Shown: positions 34,153 through 43,544 of the stretch, in pieces
Layout: each line of letters starts with the position of its first letter
Position numbering within the stretch: the stretch's first letter is position 1
From: an uncultured bacterium
GTDB taxonomy: Bacteria; Patescibacteriota; JACMRA01
Assembly (NCBI GenBank): GCA_963784355.1
Contig: CAWAQU010000010.1
Coordinates: forward strand, 1 to 64,000
Length of the DNA: 64,000 nucleotides
Direction of reading: 5' to 3'
Position numbers and translations under genes: made by a program
Notes under the pieces: model-generated
What the model saw: only the letters and a program-made list of their open reading frames with translations
Databases searched by the model: none
What the model was told of the DNA's origin: nothing

Positions 34153-34609
34153 TAAATTTTGCAAAGCCTCTAACTTTTTGATCTATAGGCTGAGCTTTAA
34201 GATGTGCTACCTGAGTAGGGTATGCGACAATGTATTTTCTACCATCAATTTTCTCTGTACCCATCAGTCCATTGTCTTCCATAAACCCAACAGCGTCAAA
34301 ACCCTGTTTCAAGTTTACGATTTCTTCCAAATAAAGCTGCCCATTTTTATTTCTAAGCCAGTCCAATTTTTTATATGAGTCTATTGTATTCCTTGAAAGA
34401 TACCCTTTCAAAATTTCAGCCGCTCTGTAAACAGTAATGAGTTTCCAGTCTTTGGGTATAACTGGATAGTTTTTCTTCATTGATAGGCTAAAAGCCTGTA
34501 CCACTTTTCTTGTTTGATCCATCTCAGTTTTAGTTAGTGACCATAAAGAGCAAAGTTTATCAAAGCACTCCTTGCTGGTCTTAATTTTTTTCTCTATTAA
34601 AAGAATCAT
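34100..34609 (-). CDS. Protein with excisionase/MerR-type HTH; candidate non-canonical repressor
   Basis: LITVYRAAEILKGYLSRNTIDSYKKLDWL; divergent from the rightward lytic operon. Confidence 0.55.
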   Translation of the reverse strand: MILLIEKKIKTSKECFDKLCSLWSLTKTEMDQTRKVVQAFSLSMKKNYPVIPKDWKLITVYRAAEILKGYLSRNTIDSYKKLDWLRNKNGQLYLEEIVNLKQGFDAVGFMEDNGLMGTEKIDGRKYIVAYPTQVAHLKAQPIDQKVRGFAKFIRTGWFQDWMDYIDLSE

Positions 34610-34619
34610 ATATTTTTGA

Positions 34620-34760
34620 TTATGTCAATTATATTTTGGATGAACTAATATGGAAAAAAGCCACATTTGAACGTATGCAGTTAGACTAATACAAGAGTAT
34701 TAAACTGTCAACCAAATCTTGCTTGACATAAGATAAAAATTATTTTATACATACAACTAA
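34620..34760. promoter_or_regulatory. Back-to-back divergent sigma70-type promoters (lysis/lysogeny switch region)
   Basis: TGTCAA-N11-TTGACA at 34706-34728, with TTGACA followed by a TATACA-like -10 element. Confidence 0.55.
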
Positions 34761-34770
34761 CTACGAAGTT

Positions 34771-34989
34771 ATGTATAGCGACCCACAAGAAATTTTAGAT
34801 ATCTTAAAAGTAGATCGCCCAAATCTTACTTTGGATGATGTCATTCAGATTATTGTTTACGGTGAAACTACGGCAAAAAGAGTATGCGATGATTACGATC
34901 GGGAAGTAACAGAAAAAGAAACAAAACAAAACGCTAAATCTACCAAACTCCAAAAGCAACATGAATTAGTCAAGGCAACAATGAGCTAA
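34771..34989 (+). CDS. Small protein in the Cro position
   Basis: First rightward gene after the divergent promoters. Confidence 0.55.
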   Translation: MYSDPQEILDILKVDRPNLTLDDVIQIIVYGETTAKRVCDDYDREVTEKETKQNAKSTKLQKQHELVKATMS

Positions 34990-35021
34990 GCTAGAACACA
35001 ACTGCTTTTGTAATCAAAAAC

Positions 35022-35415
35022 CATAGACTGCTGCCCTAAAGCCGAAACGCATAGGTGCGGTTTTCTGTGTCTACATTTTGAAGATTGATAGCTGAGTAGG
35101 GTGGTGGCATCCTACTCAGCTACGAGTCTTTAAGACTCAAGATTGAAGGTTAGAAGAAGCGGTGGCGGACAGTGAGCCGTACAGCAAATATCTAGTGTGC
35201 TATCGAGTTAAAACCGAAAAGGTCTCCGCATCTAGTTGGCGATACCTAAGATATTATCTGGCTATACCCAGCAGTCGAACAAATGCTACGCCTAGATCAT
35301 GCAAGTCAAACCTTGCTCGCTTCTTCCAGCCTTTTTTCGCAAAAGGGAGGTTTGGATTGTTTTGTTGCATGAATAGATGAGATCAATATGATGGCTCATA
35401 GGGTCTCATCTATTC
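35022..35415 (+). ncRNA. Putative structured non-coding RNA cluster
   Basis: Six adjacent stems including 15-bp and 14-bp hairpins and a 184-nt domain closed by a 14-bp helix; G-U wobbles favour the + strand. Confidence 0.6.
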
Positions 35416-35604
35416 TGAAGCTTCAATTAATATAATTTTTATGCTTAAGTACGACGCTGAAATAAAACACATGATCTGGGAATTATCTCAAGAATATCCA
35501 CGTAAGTACATATCAACTCTTTTAAATATTCCATACTCAAGTTGCTGCAAAATAATCCAAGAGCAAGAGGTTTATAGCAATAAATACAATCCACTTTTTT
35601 AATT

Positions 35605-36606
35605 ATGCAATATAATTTTGACATCAATCAAAAAGCAATAGTCGAACTAAGCAAAACGACTGGTGTCAAACTTGGTTTACAAGAAGCTGTAATAATAGAT
35701 TTTATTGCAAAATTTGCACATAGCGGGGAGTGTGAGGTAATTATAATTGAAGGCAAAGTATACTACTGGTTAGCTTATAGTAAAATAATAGAAGAGTGTC
35801 CACTTTTGGGAATCAAAAATAAAGAAGTCCTGGCCCGTAAAATTGAATTACTAGAAAATGCAGGAATATTATTAAAACATTATGAGGCGGGTAAAGTTAG
35901 AAAAACTTATTTTGCTTTCGGTCCAAACTATAAACATATAGTATTTGATTATAAGAAGAATAAACAAGATGTAGGGGGTACCATGCCGACTGAAAAGTCG
36001 AGTCTAGATGAGGCCATGCCGACTGAAAAGTCGAGTACCATGCCGACTGAAAAGTCGAACTATCATAATACCATTGATCATACTTCTACTCCTGAAAATT
36101 TTGATGTTGAAAATACCGAAGCACATATAAAACAAATTACAAGGTTAGCTTTAGACATAAAGATGCCTTACTACCCTCAAATTTGCAAAAATAACCCACT
36201 TTTAACTGATACTGATATTTCCAATATTTGTATGAAGGTTGTTTTATCAAATCCAAATGAGGGGCCAAATGCTTTAATGAAAAAAGTATTGAGTTGGTCC
36301 AGAACCGAAGCCAAATCAGAACCAAGAACTTTTGGCCCAAAGAAAAAGGAGATTTTTGAAGCGTACTGGGATGATTACAATTCAAGAGAAGAGTTAGAGC
36401 AGGCTATTTCCAAGGCTATAAGTGAGGGTAAGGAAGTTAAAAGATATATGATACCAGTGAATGCTCTTAAAAAATGGGGTGAGGAAACTAGTGATCTAGC
36501 TAAAACTTTGGCTACTAAACTTAGTACCAAGCCAGATATTAATCAAGGAAACAGAGAAGAGGACAACCGTAAAAATGAATTAGAAAAACAACTTAAACAA
36601 CTATAA
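35605..36606 (+). CDS. Phage replication initiator (N-terminal wHTH, internal iterons)
   Basis: INQKAI..L..AVIIDFI..GKVYYWLAYSKI..P.L motif; triple MPTEKS repeat. Confidence 0.8.
   Translation: MQYNFDINQKAIVELSKTTGVKLGLQEAVIIDFIAKFAHSGECEVIIIEGKVYYWLAYSKIIEECPLLGIKNKEVLARKIELLENAGILLKHYEAGKVRKTYFAFGPNYKHIVFDYKKNKQDVGGTMPTEKSSLDEAMPTEKSSTMPTEKSNYHNTIDHTSTPENFDVENTEAHIKQITRLALDIKMPYYPQICKNNPLLTDTDISNICMKVVLSNPNEGPNALMKKVLSWSRTEAKSEPRTFGPKKKEIFEAYWDDYNSREELEQAISKAISEGKEVKRYMIPVNALKKWGEETSDLAKTLATKLSTKPDINQGNREEDNRKNELEKQLKQL
35981..36058. repeat. Replication-origin iterons: 3x CCATGCCGACTGAAAAGTCGA
   Basis: Exact 21-mers at 35981, 36014 and 36038, each with dyad CGACT-N4-AGTCG, followed by AT-rich DNA. 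Confidence 0.85.
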
Positions 36607-36608
36607 TT

Positions 36609-36848
36609 ATGAATCCATATTTACAACTACTCAAAAAGCGGATTGATGAAAATTTCAACGCTGAAAAACTAATTGCAAATGAGTATATTTTAGAAGCTTT
36701 AAAAGTCGAAAGATATACACTTCAGAAACTTTTGAAGGACTTCAAGGAAATTGAGAGGGAGGCTGAGTCAAATTTAGTAAAGCCTGTTGAGGAAGCTGAG
36801 GTTAGAGAGCGTGTAGTAGAAGATATGGAGCCCCGATTACCATTTTAA
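36609..36848 (+). CDS. Hypothetical phage protein
   Basis: ORF ending in acidic residues plus LPF, like an SSB tail. Confidence 0.6.
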   Translation: MNPYLQLLKKRIDENFNAEKLIANEYILEALKVERYTLQKLLKDFKEIEREAESNLVKPVEEAEVRERVVEDMEPRLPF

Positions 36849-37038
36849 CACTTTATTATGGTTACTTATATTTTATACAAGCTAATAGTCACTTCTACAG
36901 ACAAAAATCCTAAAGAGTGGAGTGTGATACAAAAAATTTGCATTGTAACTTATTTATTCATTGCAATGGTAGCGGATTTTGAGTTAGTGGCAATGGTCTT
37001 TTTTGTACTCAAAGCTTTTAGAATAATCCCTTAATTTT

Positions 37039-37416
37039 ATGCTTATTCAATCCACTTACCCAAATTTCGACTACACCAAACTAAAACGTACAAAAGAAGT
37101 CGAAACGGTTTATAAAGATTATTTAGTTGATATAAATCGAATGTATGGCCTTAGCCCTGAAGAAATGGTTTTAAGGAGTGAGTTTTCACACCCTCATCAG
37201 CAAATAGCAATTTCAAAAAACAAGTTTCCTTATTTACTACCTGACAATCAACAACACTGGCTACTTTGGTCCAAAAAAAAGCTTACTAAATCAGAAATAA
37301 AGAAGATTTTAAATACCTATTTTAATGGTAAAAAGATTGTAGCAATTTGGGTAAACAACCCTAAAGACCAATCAGTGAAAAACTTATTCCACGTTCATTT
37401 TATAATAGAAGATTAA
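37039..37416 (+). CDS. DUF3605/GIG1-like (HIT-like) protein
   Basis: NKFPY..P....HWLLWS and WVN.P..QSV..LFHVHF motifs. Confidence 0.7.
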   Translation: MLIQSTYPNFDYTKLKRTKEVETVYKDYLVDINRMYGLSPEEMVLRSEFSHPHQQIAISKNKFPYLLPDNQQHWLLWSKKKLTKSEIKKILNTYFNGKKIVAIWVNNPKDQSVKNLFHVHFIIED

Positions 37417-37417
37417 T

Positions 37418-37657
37418 ATGTTTAAAAAACTATTCAACAAACTAATACCTAAGTGGAGACACAAATACTATTTTGTATATATTTATGAAAAAAAATATGG
37501 CAATGGGATGCAAATTCAAGGTGCGGATTATGACTTTCCTAATATTTTAAAACCCAATGACATATCTGATCTATATAAACAAATACAATTGGAAAAATTA
37601 ACTAATAACTTGGTTATACTGAATATTATAAAATTAGAATCTGAATTGTATTTTTAG
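37418..37657 (+). CDS. Hypothetical phage protein
   Basis: ORF track; tightly packed operon. Confidence 0.55.
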   Translation: MFKKLFNKLIPKWRHKYYFVYIYEKKYGNGMQIQGADYDFPNILKPNDISDLYKQIQLEKLTNNLVILNIIKLESELYF

Positions 37658-37658
37658 T

Positions 37659-38093
37659 ATGCTTAAAATACCCACTTTGATTTTACCATTACCGCCAACC
37701 GATAACAGGCGACTCATGCCATATATTATTGGCCGAGGACCTCGGTTATTACCTACTTCGGAATTTAATGCCTGGAAAGTAAAAGCAAATATGGTTTGGC
37801 AAGCCTATAAACTCCAATGTTACAAAGATGGAATCCAGCTTGAATTAGTAGAGCCTAGCTTAAGTATGCAGTATATCTACAAATACAAACTTTTTAAAAA
37901 AGATGACCGAACTGATGATCAAAATTTTGAGAAGGCATTAAAAGATTTTCTGGAGGGTAGAGTATATAAAGATGATAGGCATGTACGTCTTGAGTTAGTT
38001 GGTTTGGTAGAAATTGACAAAGTAAACCCTAGGATAGAGTTTGACTTGGTTCCCCACATTTTATCAATGAAAAAACAAATTGAAGTCAATTAA
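37659..38093 (+). CDS. RusA-like Holliday junction resolvase
   Basis: LPLPPTDN, DDQNFEKALKDFL, YKDDRHV, NPRIE. Confidence 0.8.
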   Translation: MLKIPTLILPLPPTDNRRLMPYIIGRGPRLLPTSEFNAWKVKANMVWQAYKLQCYKDGIQLELVEPSLSMQYIYKYKLFKKDDRTDDQNFEKALKDFLEGRVYKDDRHVRLELVGLVEIDKVNPRIEFDLVPHILSMKKQIEVN

Positions 38094-38107
38094 AACAAAT
38101 TTAGCTT

Positions 38108-39676
38108 ATGGATGAAAAAATGTTACCGCGAATGAAAATTACTATAAATAAAATGGTAGAAAAAAAGGTTATTTTAGCCCATACAATGGAAGAATTACAG
38201 GAAAAAATAGATGAGTTTGTAACCTGTCCGTTTAATGATGTTGAGCTTTGTATAGCGTGTGGCGGCGGCGGCACTTTGTATACTGCAATGATATTTTATA
38301 AAAACACAAGAATGAATTAAATTATGTTTAGAGAATTTATAAATCAATATTTACTGGAGCCATTTGTCAGGCCAGAAATTAAGAAAATAGCACTAACAAT
38401 TTTAGAAAAAGGTGAAATAAATCTTTTTCGTACAGGCTATTTTTATAATAGTTATAGATTAGGTAGGGACTTTTTTGATTTTAATCTAACTCATAAGCAC
38501 TATTTAATAAAACTGAATCCTTTTGAAGAAATGTGGGCTGGTCATTTAATAATAACTAAAATTAGGGAAAGAGAATTAGAAGAGGAAAGAAAAATATTTG
38601 AAGAAGCGGTTAAAGAAATTGAAAGTTAAATTATATTATTATGTTTTCAGAAATAATTTCAAAAATCGTACTCACACAGTTCTTTTTAGGTTTTTCTTCA
38701 CTACTACTTGTAAGACTTATTGATGATCCACTTACTAATTATGGAAAAATACATGACACCGACTTTTTAACTTATTTATTATATTTTTTCGCTTTTATAT
38801 GGACTTCTCTTATTTTCACCATTCCATTATTAATTTTTAGCATCAATTGGTAATTAAAAAAATATGCCTCAAAGATCACTACTAAACCATTTAAAATCTG
38901 TTAGCTTGTTTAAACCAAAAAGTATAAATGTAGAAGAAAAAGTCATGGATATGACCGCTGAGTTGTGGAACTACTATGTCAAAAATCTTGAGCAGCAACA
39001 CCCATCTGAATTTACAGATTTAGCTGATGCAATTCATCAAATACAAGCTTTAATTGCTTTGAGGATTGCTAGAAAATATCACCCTGAAATATTTTCAATT
39101 AAAAAATAAGTTATGTCAGAAATTAAAAAACCACAACCAAAGGATAATTATACATTAAATGAAGTTTTAGAAGTTGCTGAAATTCTATTGAGGGCATCGA
39201 CGATTGAAATTGATGGAACGGACAAACAGAAACTAATCATCGGTGGATCTTTGCAAGCAATATATAATCATTTAGCAGAAAAATATCCTAAAGTAGAGAA
39301 AGTTACACACATATCCGAAATGGAAAGATTGGGTATAAGATTTGAAAGTGGGATAATGCCTCCGTTGGAAATTAAAAAACCACGGGAATATACAATTGAT
39401 GAAATAGTCCAGATTTGGAAAGAGGAAAAAGTTGTATATGTTGTTACACGATTAGGTAAACATAAATCTATAGATCGTGAACATGAGGGGGATTTTCATC
39501 TATATAATTTTATAAATAAAACAGGTAATGAAGAATTACTCAGAAAAGCTCTAAGCACTCATAAAACACCACTATATAGGTCAAAACTAACTACTGAAGA
39601 GTATGAAATTTGGGGTGAAAAGAATAAAGACAACCCTGATCTAACAGAAGCCCACATAAATCAAGTACTCTATTAA
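38108..39676 (+). CDS. Five small hypothetical phage genes (38108-38320, 38324-38629, 38641-38853 membrane, 38864-39109, 39113-39676)
   Basis: Tightly packed ORFs on the same strand. Confidence 0.6.
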
Positions 39677-39681
39677 ATTAT

Positions 39682-40920
39682 ATGAAATATATCCAACTTT
39701 CCGAATTAACACTTTTAGAGAATAACCCCAGACAAATTTCTGACGAAAATTTTGATAGATTAAAAAAGTCTTTATCAAGAGATCCAAAGTTTTTAGAACT
39801 CAGACCTATTTTAGTTTATGTAGAGGGTGAGAAGTTAATTATTTATGCTGGCAATCAAAGATTCAAAGCTGCTCAGGAATTAGGCTGGGAGGAAATACCA
39901 GTTATTATTGATGAAAAAGCTGAGTTGGAAACAATCAGACAAAGAATTTTACTTGATAATGTAGAGTTTGGAGAATGGGATAAAGATATTTTAATCAATA
40001 ATTGGGATATAGGAGAGCTGTATGATTTAGATTTACCCGAGCTAAATGATATTATAGAAGAGGTAAAAACTGAAAACTTACCAAATTTTGAAGGCCAAGA
40101 TGAGGTACCTGAGCTTAATAAAAGACCTATTGTAATGTATGGAGATATATTTGAGATTAAAGCTCGGGGTTGCAAATATAGGATTGGTTGTTTAGATAGC
40201 ACCAGTATTTATGATGTTGAAAAGTTGTTGAATGGGGCTAAAATAGATTTAGTTTTAACTGATCCACCTTATGGGGTAGATATTACTAAGGCAAAAAGAA
40301 AATCAACTGCTGGAGTTTTAGGAAAATTGCCAGAGATTGCAGGTGATACAGACACGGAAGCTGCAAGAGACTTTTATAATACATGTCAAAGCTTAGGAAT
40401 TAAAAATTATATTATTTGGGGTGGGAATTATTTCACTGATTTTTTACCACCAAGTCGTTGCTGGATAGTCTGGGATAAAGTAGTGCCTCATGATTTTAGT
40501 TTTGCAAAAGGGGAACTTGCTTGGGTTTCAATGGATAAAAATTTAATGATTTACAAACAAAACTGGAGTGGAAATATAAATGGCAAAATAGATTTAAATG
40601 TAGAGGGATTGGATAAAGAAACCATTAATGGTTCAAGTAGGGTCAATAGAGTTCATCCAACTCAGAAGCCAGTGGGCCTACAATTGGATATTATAAAAGA
40701 TTTTGATGATGGATTTAATAATATATTTGATGGATTTTCTGGAGGGGGAACTACATTATTAACTGGAATCCAAACCAAAAAGAATGTTTATGCCAGTGAA
40801 ATTACTGAATATTATGCTCAGGTTTCAGTAAAAAGATGTGTGGATTTTTTAAATAAAAACAATATTGACTTTGAAATTACTTTAAACAGTGAGGCTTTTG
40901 ATATTAAAATATTAGATTAG
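39682..40920 (+). CDS. ParB/Srx N-terminal domain fused to an N6/N4 DNA methyltransferase
   Basis: NNPRQI, AGNQR; LTDPPYG, HPTQKP, DGFSGGGTT. Confidence 0.9.
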   Translation: MKYIQLSELTLLENNPRQISDENFDRLKKSLSRDPKFLELRPILVYVEGEKLIIYAGNQRFKAAQELGWEEIPVIIDEKAELETIRQRILLDNVEFGEWDKDILINNWDIGELYDLDLPELNDIIEEVKTENLPNFEGQDEVPELNKRPIVMYGDIFEIKARGCKYRIGCLDSTSIYDVEKLLNGAKIDLVLTDPPYGVDITKAKRKSTAGVLGKLPEIAGDTDTEAARDFYNTCQSLGIKNYIIWGGNYFTDFLPPSRCWIVWDKVVPHDFSFAKGELAWVSMDKNLMIYKQNWSGNINGKIDLNVEGLDKETINGSSRVNRVHPTQKPVGLQLDIIKDFDDGFNNIFDGFSGGGTTLLTGIQTKKNVYASEITEYYAQVSVKRCVDFLNKNNIDFEITLNSEAFDIKILD

Positions 40921-40922
40921 TT

Positions 40923-41435
40923 ATGGCAAAAAAAATTGATTGGATTAAATTAAAACAAGAATTTCTTGCAGGAGATATTGAAGACGTATCTGAGTTTTGT
41001 AAAAAGCAAGGACTAAGCAAGCCTGAGGCAAGTGGATCTGTAGGCAAAGCGACCAAAGGTTGGAAGGAAGAGAGGAACTCGCTTAAGCAAACGGCCCTAG
41101 AAGCGGCTAAATCAAAACACATTGAGCAAAGTATCCTGCCGAATGAAAAACTCCTTAAAATGAAGGAAAACATCCTTATAATCGTGGGGAATAAAATCGC
41201 AAAGGAACAAGATAAAATGTCGGCCGCTGATCTAAAAAGTTTAATTCAAATTATTAAAACAGAACTTGGTGAGCCTATTACTATTAATGTAAATAGAAAC
41301 CTAGACCAGAGCTTAGACAAAAACGGTAATCCTACCGATCCAAATAGTTTTACTTTTATAGATATCACAAATTTAACCCCTGAAGAAAGAAAAAGAATAA
41401 TAGCACAAAATAAGAATGCAGGTAGCAATAACTAA
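40923..41435 (+). CDS. Terminase small subunit (putative)
   Basis: Overlaps terL; N-terminal KIDW..K.EF HTH-like region, KGWKEER. Confidence 0.7.
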   Translation: MAKKIDWIKLKQEFLAGDIEDVSEFCKKQGLSKPEASGSVGKATKGWKEERNSLKQTALEAAKSKHIEQSILPNEKLLKMKENILIIVGNKIAKEQDKMSAADLKSLIQIIKTELGEPITINVNRNLDQSLDKNGNPTDPNSFTFIDITNLTPEERKRIIAQNKNAGSNN

Positions 41436-42834
41436 AAAAGATTTGTTGAGGATGTATGTGGATGCTTTTTTAGCAGGTGATTATAGTGGTTTAACTACAA
41501 AACATAATTTAGTACATAAAAAGCAGGAGGAGTGTATAAATTTATTGACTAACGGGTTTACTGACGAGGTATTATACGGTGGAGCTGCTGGAGGTGCCAA
41601 ATCATTTACAGGGGCTTACTGGCTAATGATGTCTGCGTTAGCTTATCCAGATACTAGGTGGTTTGTGGCCAGGTCCGAGCTTAAACTTATAAGGCAGTCA
41701 ACAATTCCTACCCTAAACAAGCTTTGTAAGGAAATGAAAATTGATAAGCCTTTCCATTTTGACCAAAAAGACAATAAGTTAATTTTTCCAAATGAAAGTG
41801 AGATTTATTTGTTAGACTGTAAATTGGAGCCCTCTGATCCAATGTTTGAAAGATTCGGGTCAATTGAGTTTACTGGTGGCTGGTTTGAAGAAGGGGGGCA
41901 AATTCATGCTTTGGCCTATGAAGTATTAAAATCGAGGTGTGGACGACAAAATAATGACAAATATAATTTGAAAGCTAAAAAATTTGTTACAGCAAATCCA
42001 ACTAAAAATTGGTGTTACCGTACTTTTTACAAACCGTGGAGAGACGGGAAGCTACCAAATAATAAGAAATTTTTACAAGCTTTTGTATATGACAACCCAT
42101 TTGCGGGCATGTATTTACAAACTCTTGATGAGCTTACTGATCCAATAATGGTCCAAAGGTTAAAATTTGGTAATTGGGAGTATGACGATGATGATACAAA
42201 ATTAATGGGTTATGAGAATATTTTAGATATTTTTACAAATTATGTTGAGGACGGTGACAAGTATTTAATTGTAGACGCTGCTAGGTTGGGAAAAGATAAA
42301 ACTACAATTTACGTTTTTTCAGGCTGGAAAGTTATTTATCGAAAAGAGATAGATAAAGATACTTTAGACAAACAACTAAAAGTAATTGAAGAAATTCGGG
42401 GTAATTTTAAAATACAAAAATCACACGTTTTAATCGACGAGGACGGGGTAGGTGGTGGTCTGGTAGATTTTGGTGGTTTTAAGGGCTTCGTAGCAAATAG
42501 CACACCAATTAAAGTAGATAAAAAAGAAGATGGACAGGAAAAAGTTGGAAGTAATTATAAAAACTTAAAAGCTCAATGTGCTTTTTTACTAAGAGACAAA
42601 GTTAATAATGGAGAAGTGGCTGTTGTTTGTGAGCTTGGTAACCAAATTAAAGAAAGGATTATTGAAGATTTAGACTCTTTCAAACAAGACAAAATTGATA
42701 AAGACGGCCCACTTTGTATCCAACCAAAAGAAAAACAAAAAGAAATATTGGGTAGATCACCTGATGACGGTGATGTTTTTGTGATGAGGGCCTATTTTGA
42801 TTTAAAACCTAAAAGTAAAGTTTCAATTTATTAA
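41416..42834 (+). CDS. terL: Terminase large subunit
   Basis: LYGGAAGGAKS Walker A, TANP, DNPF, GNWEYDDD, VDAARLGKD, IDEDGVGGG, GRSPD. Confidence 0.95.
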   Translation: MQVAITKKDLLRMYVDAFLAGDYSGLTTKHNLVHKKQEECINLLTNGFTDEVLYGGAAGGAKSFTGAYWLMMSALAYPDTRWFVARSELKLIRQSTIPTLNKLCKEMKIDKPFHFDQKDNKLIFPNESEIYLLDCKLEPSDPMFERFGSIEFTGGWFEEGGQIHALAYEVLKSRCGRQNNDKYNLKAKKFVTANPTKNWCYRTFYKPWRDGKLPNNKKFLQAFVYDNPFAGMYLQTLDELTDPIMVQRLKFGNWEYDDDDTKLMGYENILDIFTNYVEDGDKYLIVDAARLGKDKTTIYVFSGWKVIYRKEIDKDTLDKQLKVIEEIRGNFKIQKSHVLIDEDGVGGGLVDFGGFKGFVANSTPIKVDKKEDGQEKVGSNYKNLKAQCAFLLRDKVNNGEVAVVCELGNQIKERIIEDLDSFKQDKIDKDGPLCIQPKEKQKEILGRSPDDGDVFVMRAYFDLKPKSKVSIY

Positions 42835-42841
42835 TTTTTCT

Positions 42842-43132
42842 ATGCAAAAAAACCAAATCAAACTACCACTTACCAATCTTGAGGTCACTATGCTTATAAG
42901 CATAAATCAAGGCTGGTCCTCAAATGAAGCTCTATCACAAATCTGCGGCATGTCCAACGGTTACATAACTGAAAAAATAGATAGGCTAGAAAACCTTAAA
43001 TTAGTTGCAAGGGAGGGTGGAGGTAGAGCTACAACATATATTTTGACTAATGAAGGTCAGAAAATCGTCAATGATGTGGTCTATTTAGCAAATATAGCAT
43101 TTTTAGAAATGCAAAGAAATATGAGTAATTAG
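42842..43132 (+). CDS. MarR-like winged-helix transcription regulator (candidate late regulator)
   Basis: LS..CGMSNGYITEKIDRLENLKLV.R..YILTNEGQK. Confidence 0.75.
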   Translation: MQKNQIKLPLTNLEVTMLISINQGWSSNEALSQICGMSNGYITEKIDRLENLKLVAREGGGRATTYILTNEGQKIVNDVVYLANIAFLEMQRNMSN

Positions 43133-43136
43133 AAAA

Positions 43137-43178
43137 TTTGGTTTGGTGTTTGCAAAAGCAAGCAGCAGGAAATAAGAT
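43137..43178 (+). promoter_or_regulatory. Late promoter motif, copy 1 (33-bp element plus TAAGAT -10)
   Basis: 29/33 identical to 50154-50186, with the same spacing to a -10 hexamer. Confidence 0.7.
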
Positions 43179-43201
43179 TGTAGCATAAATCAAACTTATT
43201 T

Positions 43202-43540
43202 ATGGCAATCGGAGATAAAAAAACCAGGCAAATTGATCAAGGTCTTCAGGTAGACTATATTTCAACAAGGTTAGATGCGGCTGGCAACGATGTGTGGACT
43301 CTAGTTTCTTCTACAGACACATCTGAGACAATAGAAGCAATTACAACAAGTGATAGTACTGATTTTAGTGCTTCACCTAGAGCAATTTACGTTGGAGGCG
43401 CTGGAAATATTTCAGTATATACAAGTGCTAATACAACTGTAGTTTTTAACAATTGTCAGGCTGGTACTGTGCTTCCGATTAAAGTAAAACGAGTCAATAC
43501 AACAGGCACAACAGCAACTAATCTAATAGCTTTGTACTAA
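43202..43540 (+). CDS. Head-spike base protein (RcGTA Rcc01079-like)
   Basis: AIT.SD, RAIYVGGAGNISV, VVF....GTVLPIKVKRV.TTGTTATNLIALY. Confidence 0.8.
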   Translation: MAIGDKKTRQIDQGLQVDYISTRLDAAGNDVWTLVSSTDTSETIEAITTSDSTDFSASPRAIYVGGAGNISVYTSANTTVVFNNCQAGTVLPIKVKRVNTTGTTATNLIALY

Positions 43541-43544
43541 CTTT

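Noticed and set aside
35022-35331. Assignment to c-di-GMP-I riboswitch, group I/II intron, tmRNA or RNase P
   Set aside because: Only fragmentary resemblance (CCTAAA..TAGG, AAGATAT, GAGCCGTA); the complete conserved cores are not visible
35162-35380. 72-aa GTG-start ORF
   Set aside because: Atypical composition, and it lies wholly within the structured region; probably not coding, though not excluded
35981-36058. Mini-CRISPR array
   Set aside because: Gaps of only 12 and 3 bp, in-frame within the initiator gene; these fit iterons
39682-40920. ParB domain as partner of the ParA at 31286
   Set aside because: ParB/Srx-methyltransferase fusions before terS are common in phages, and this one lacks a visible HTH/centromere-binding region
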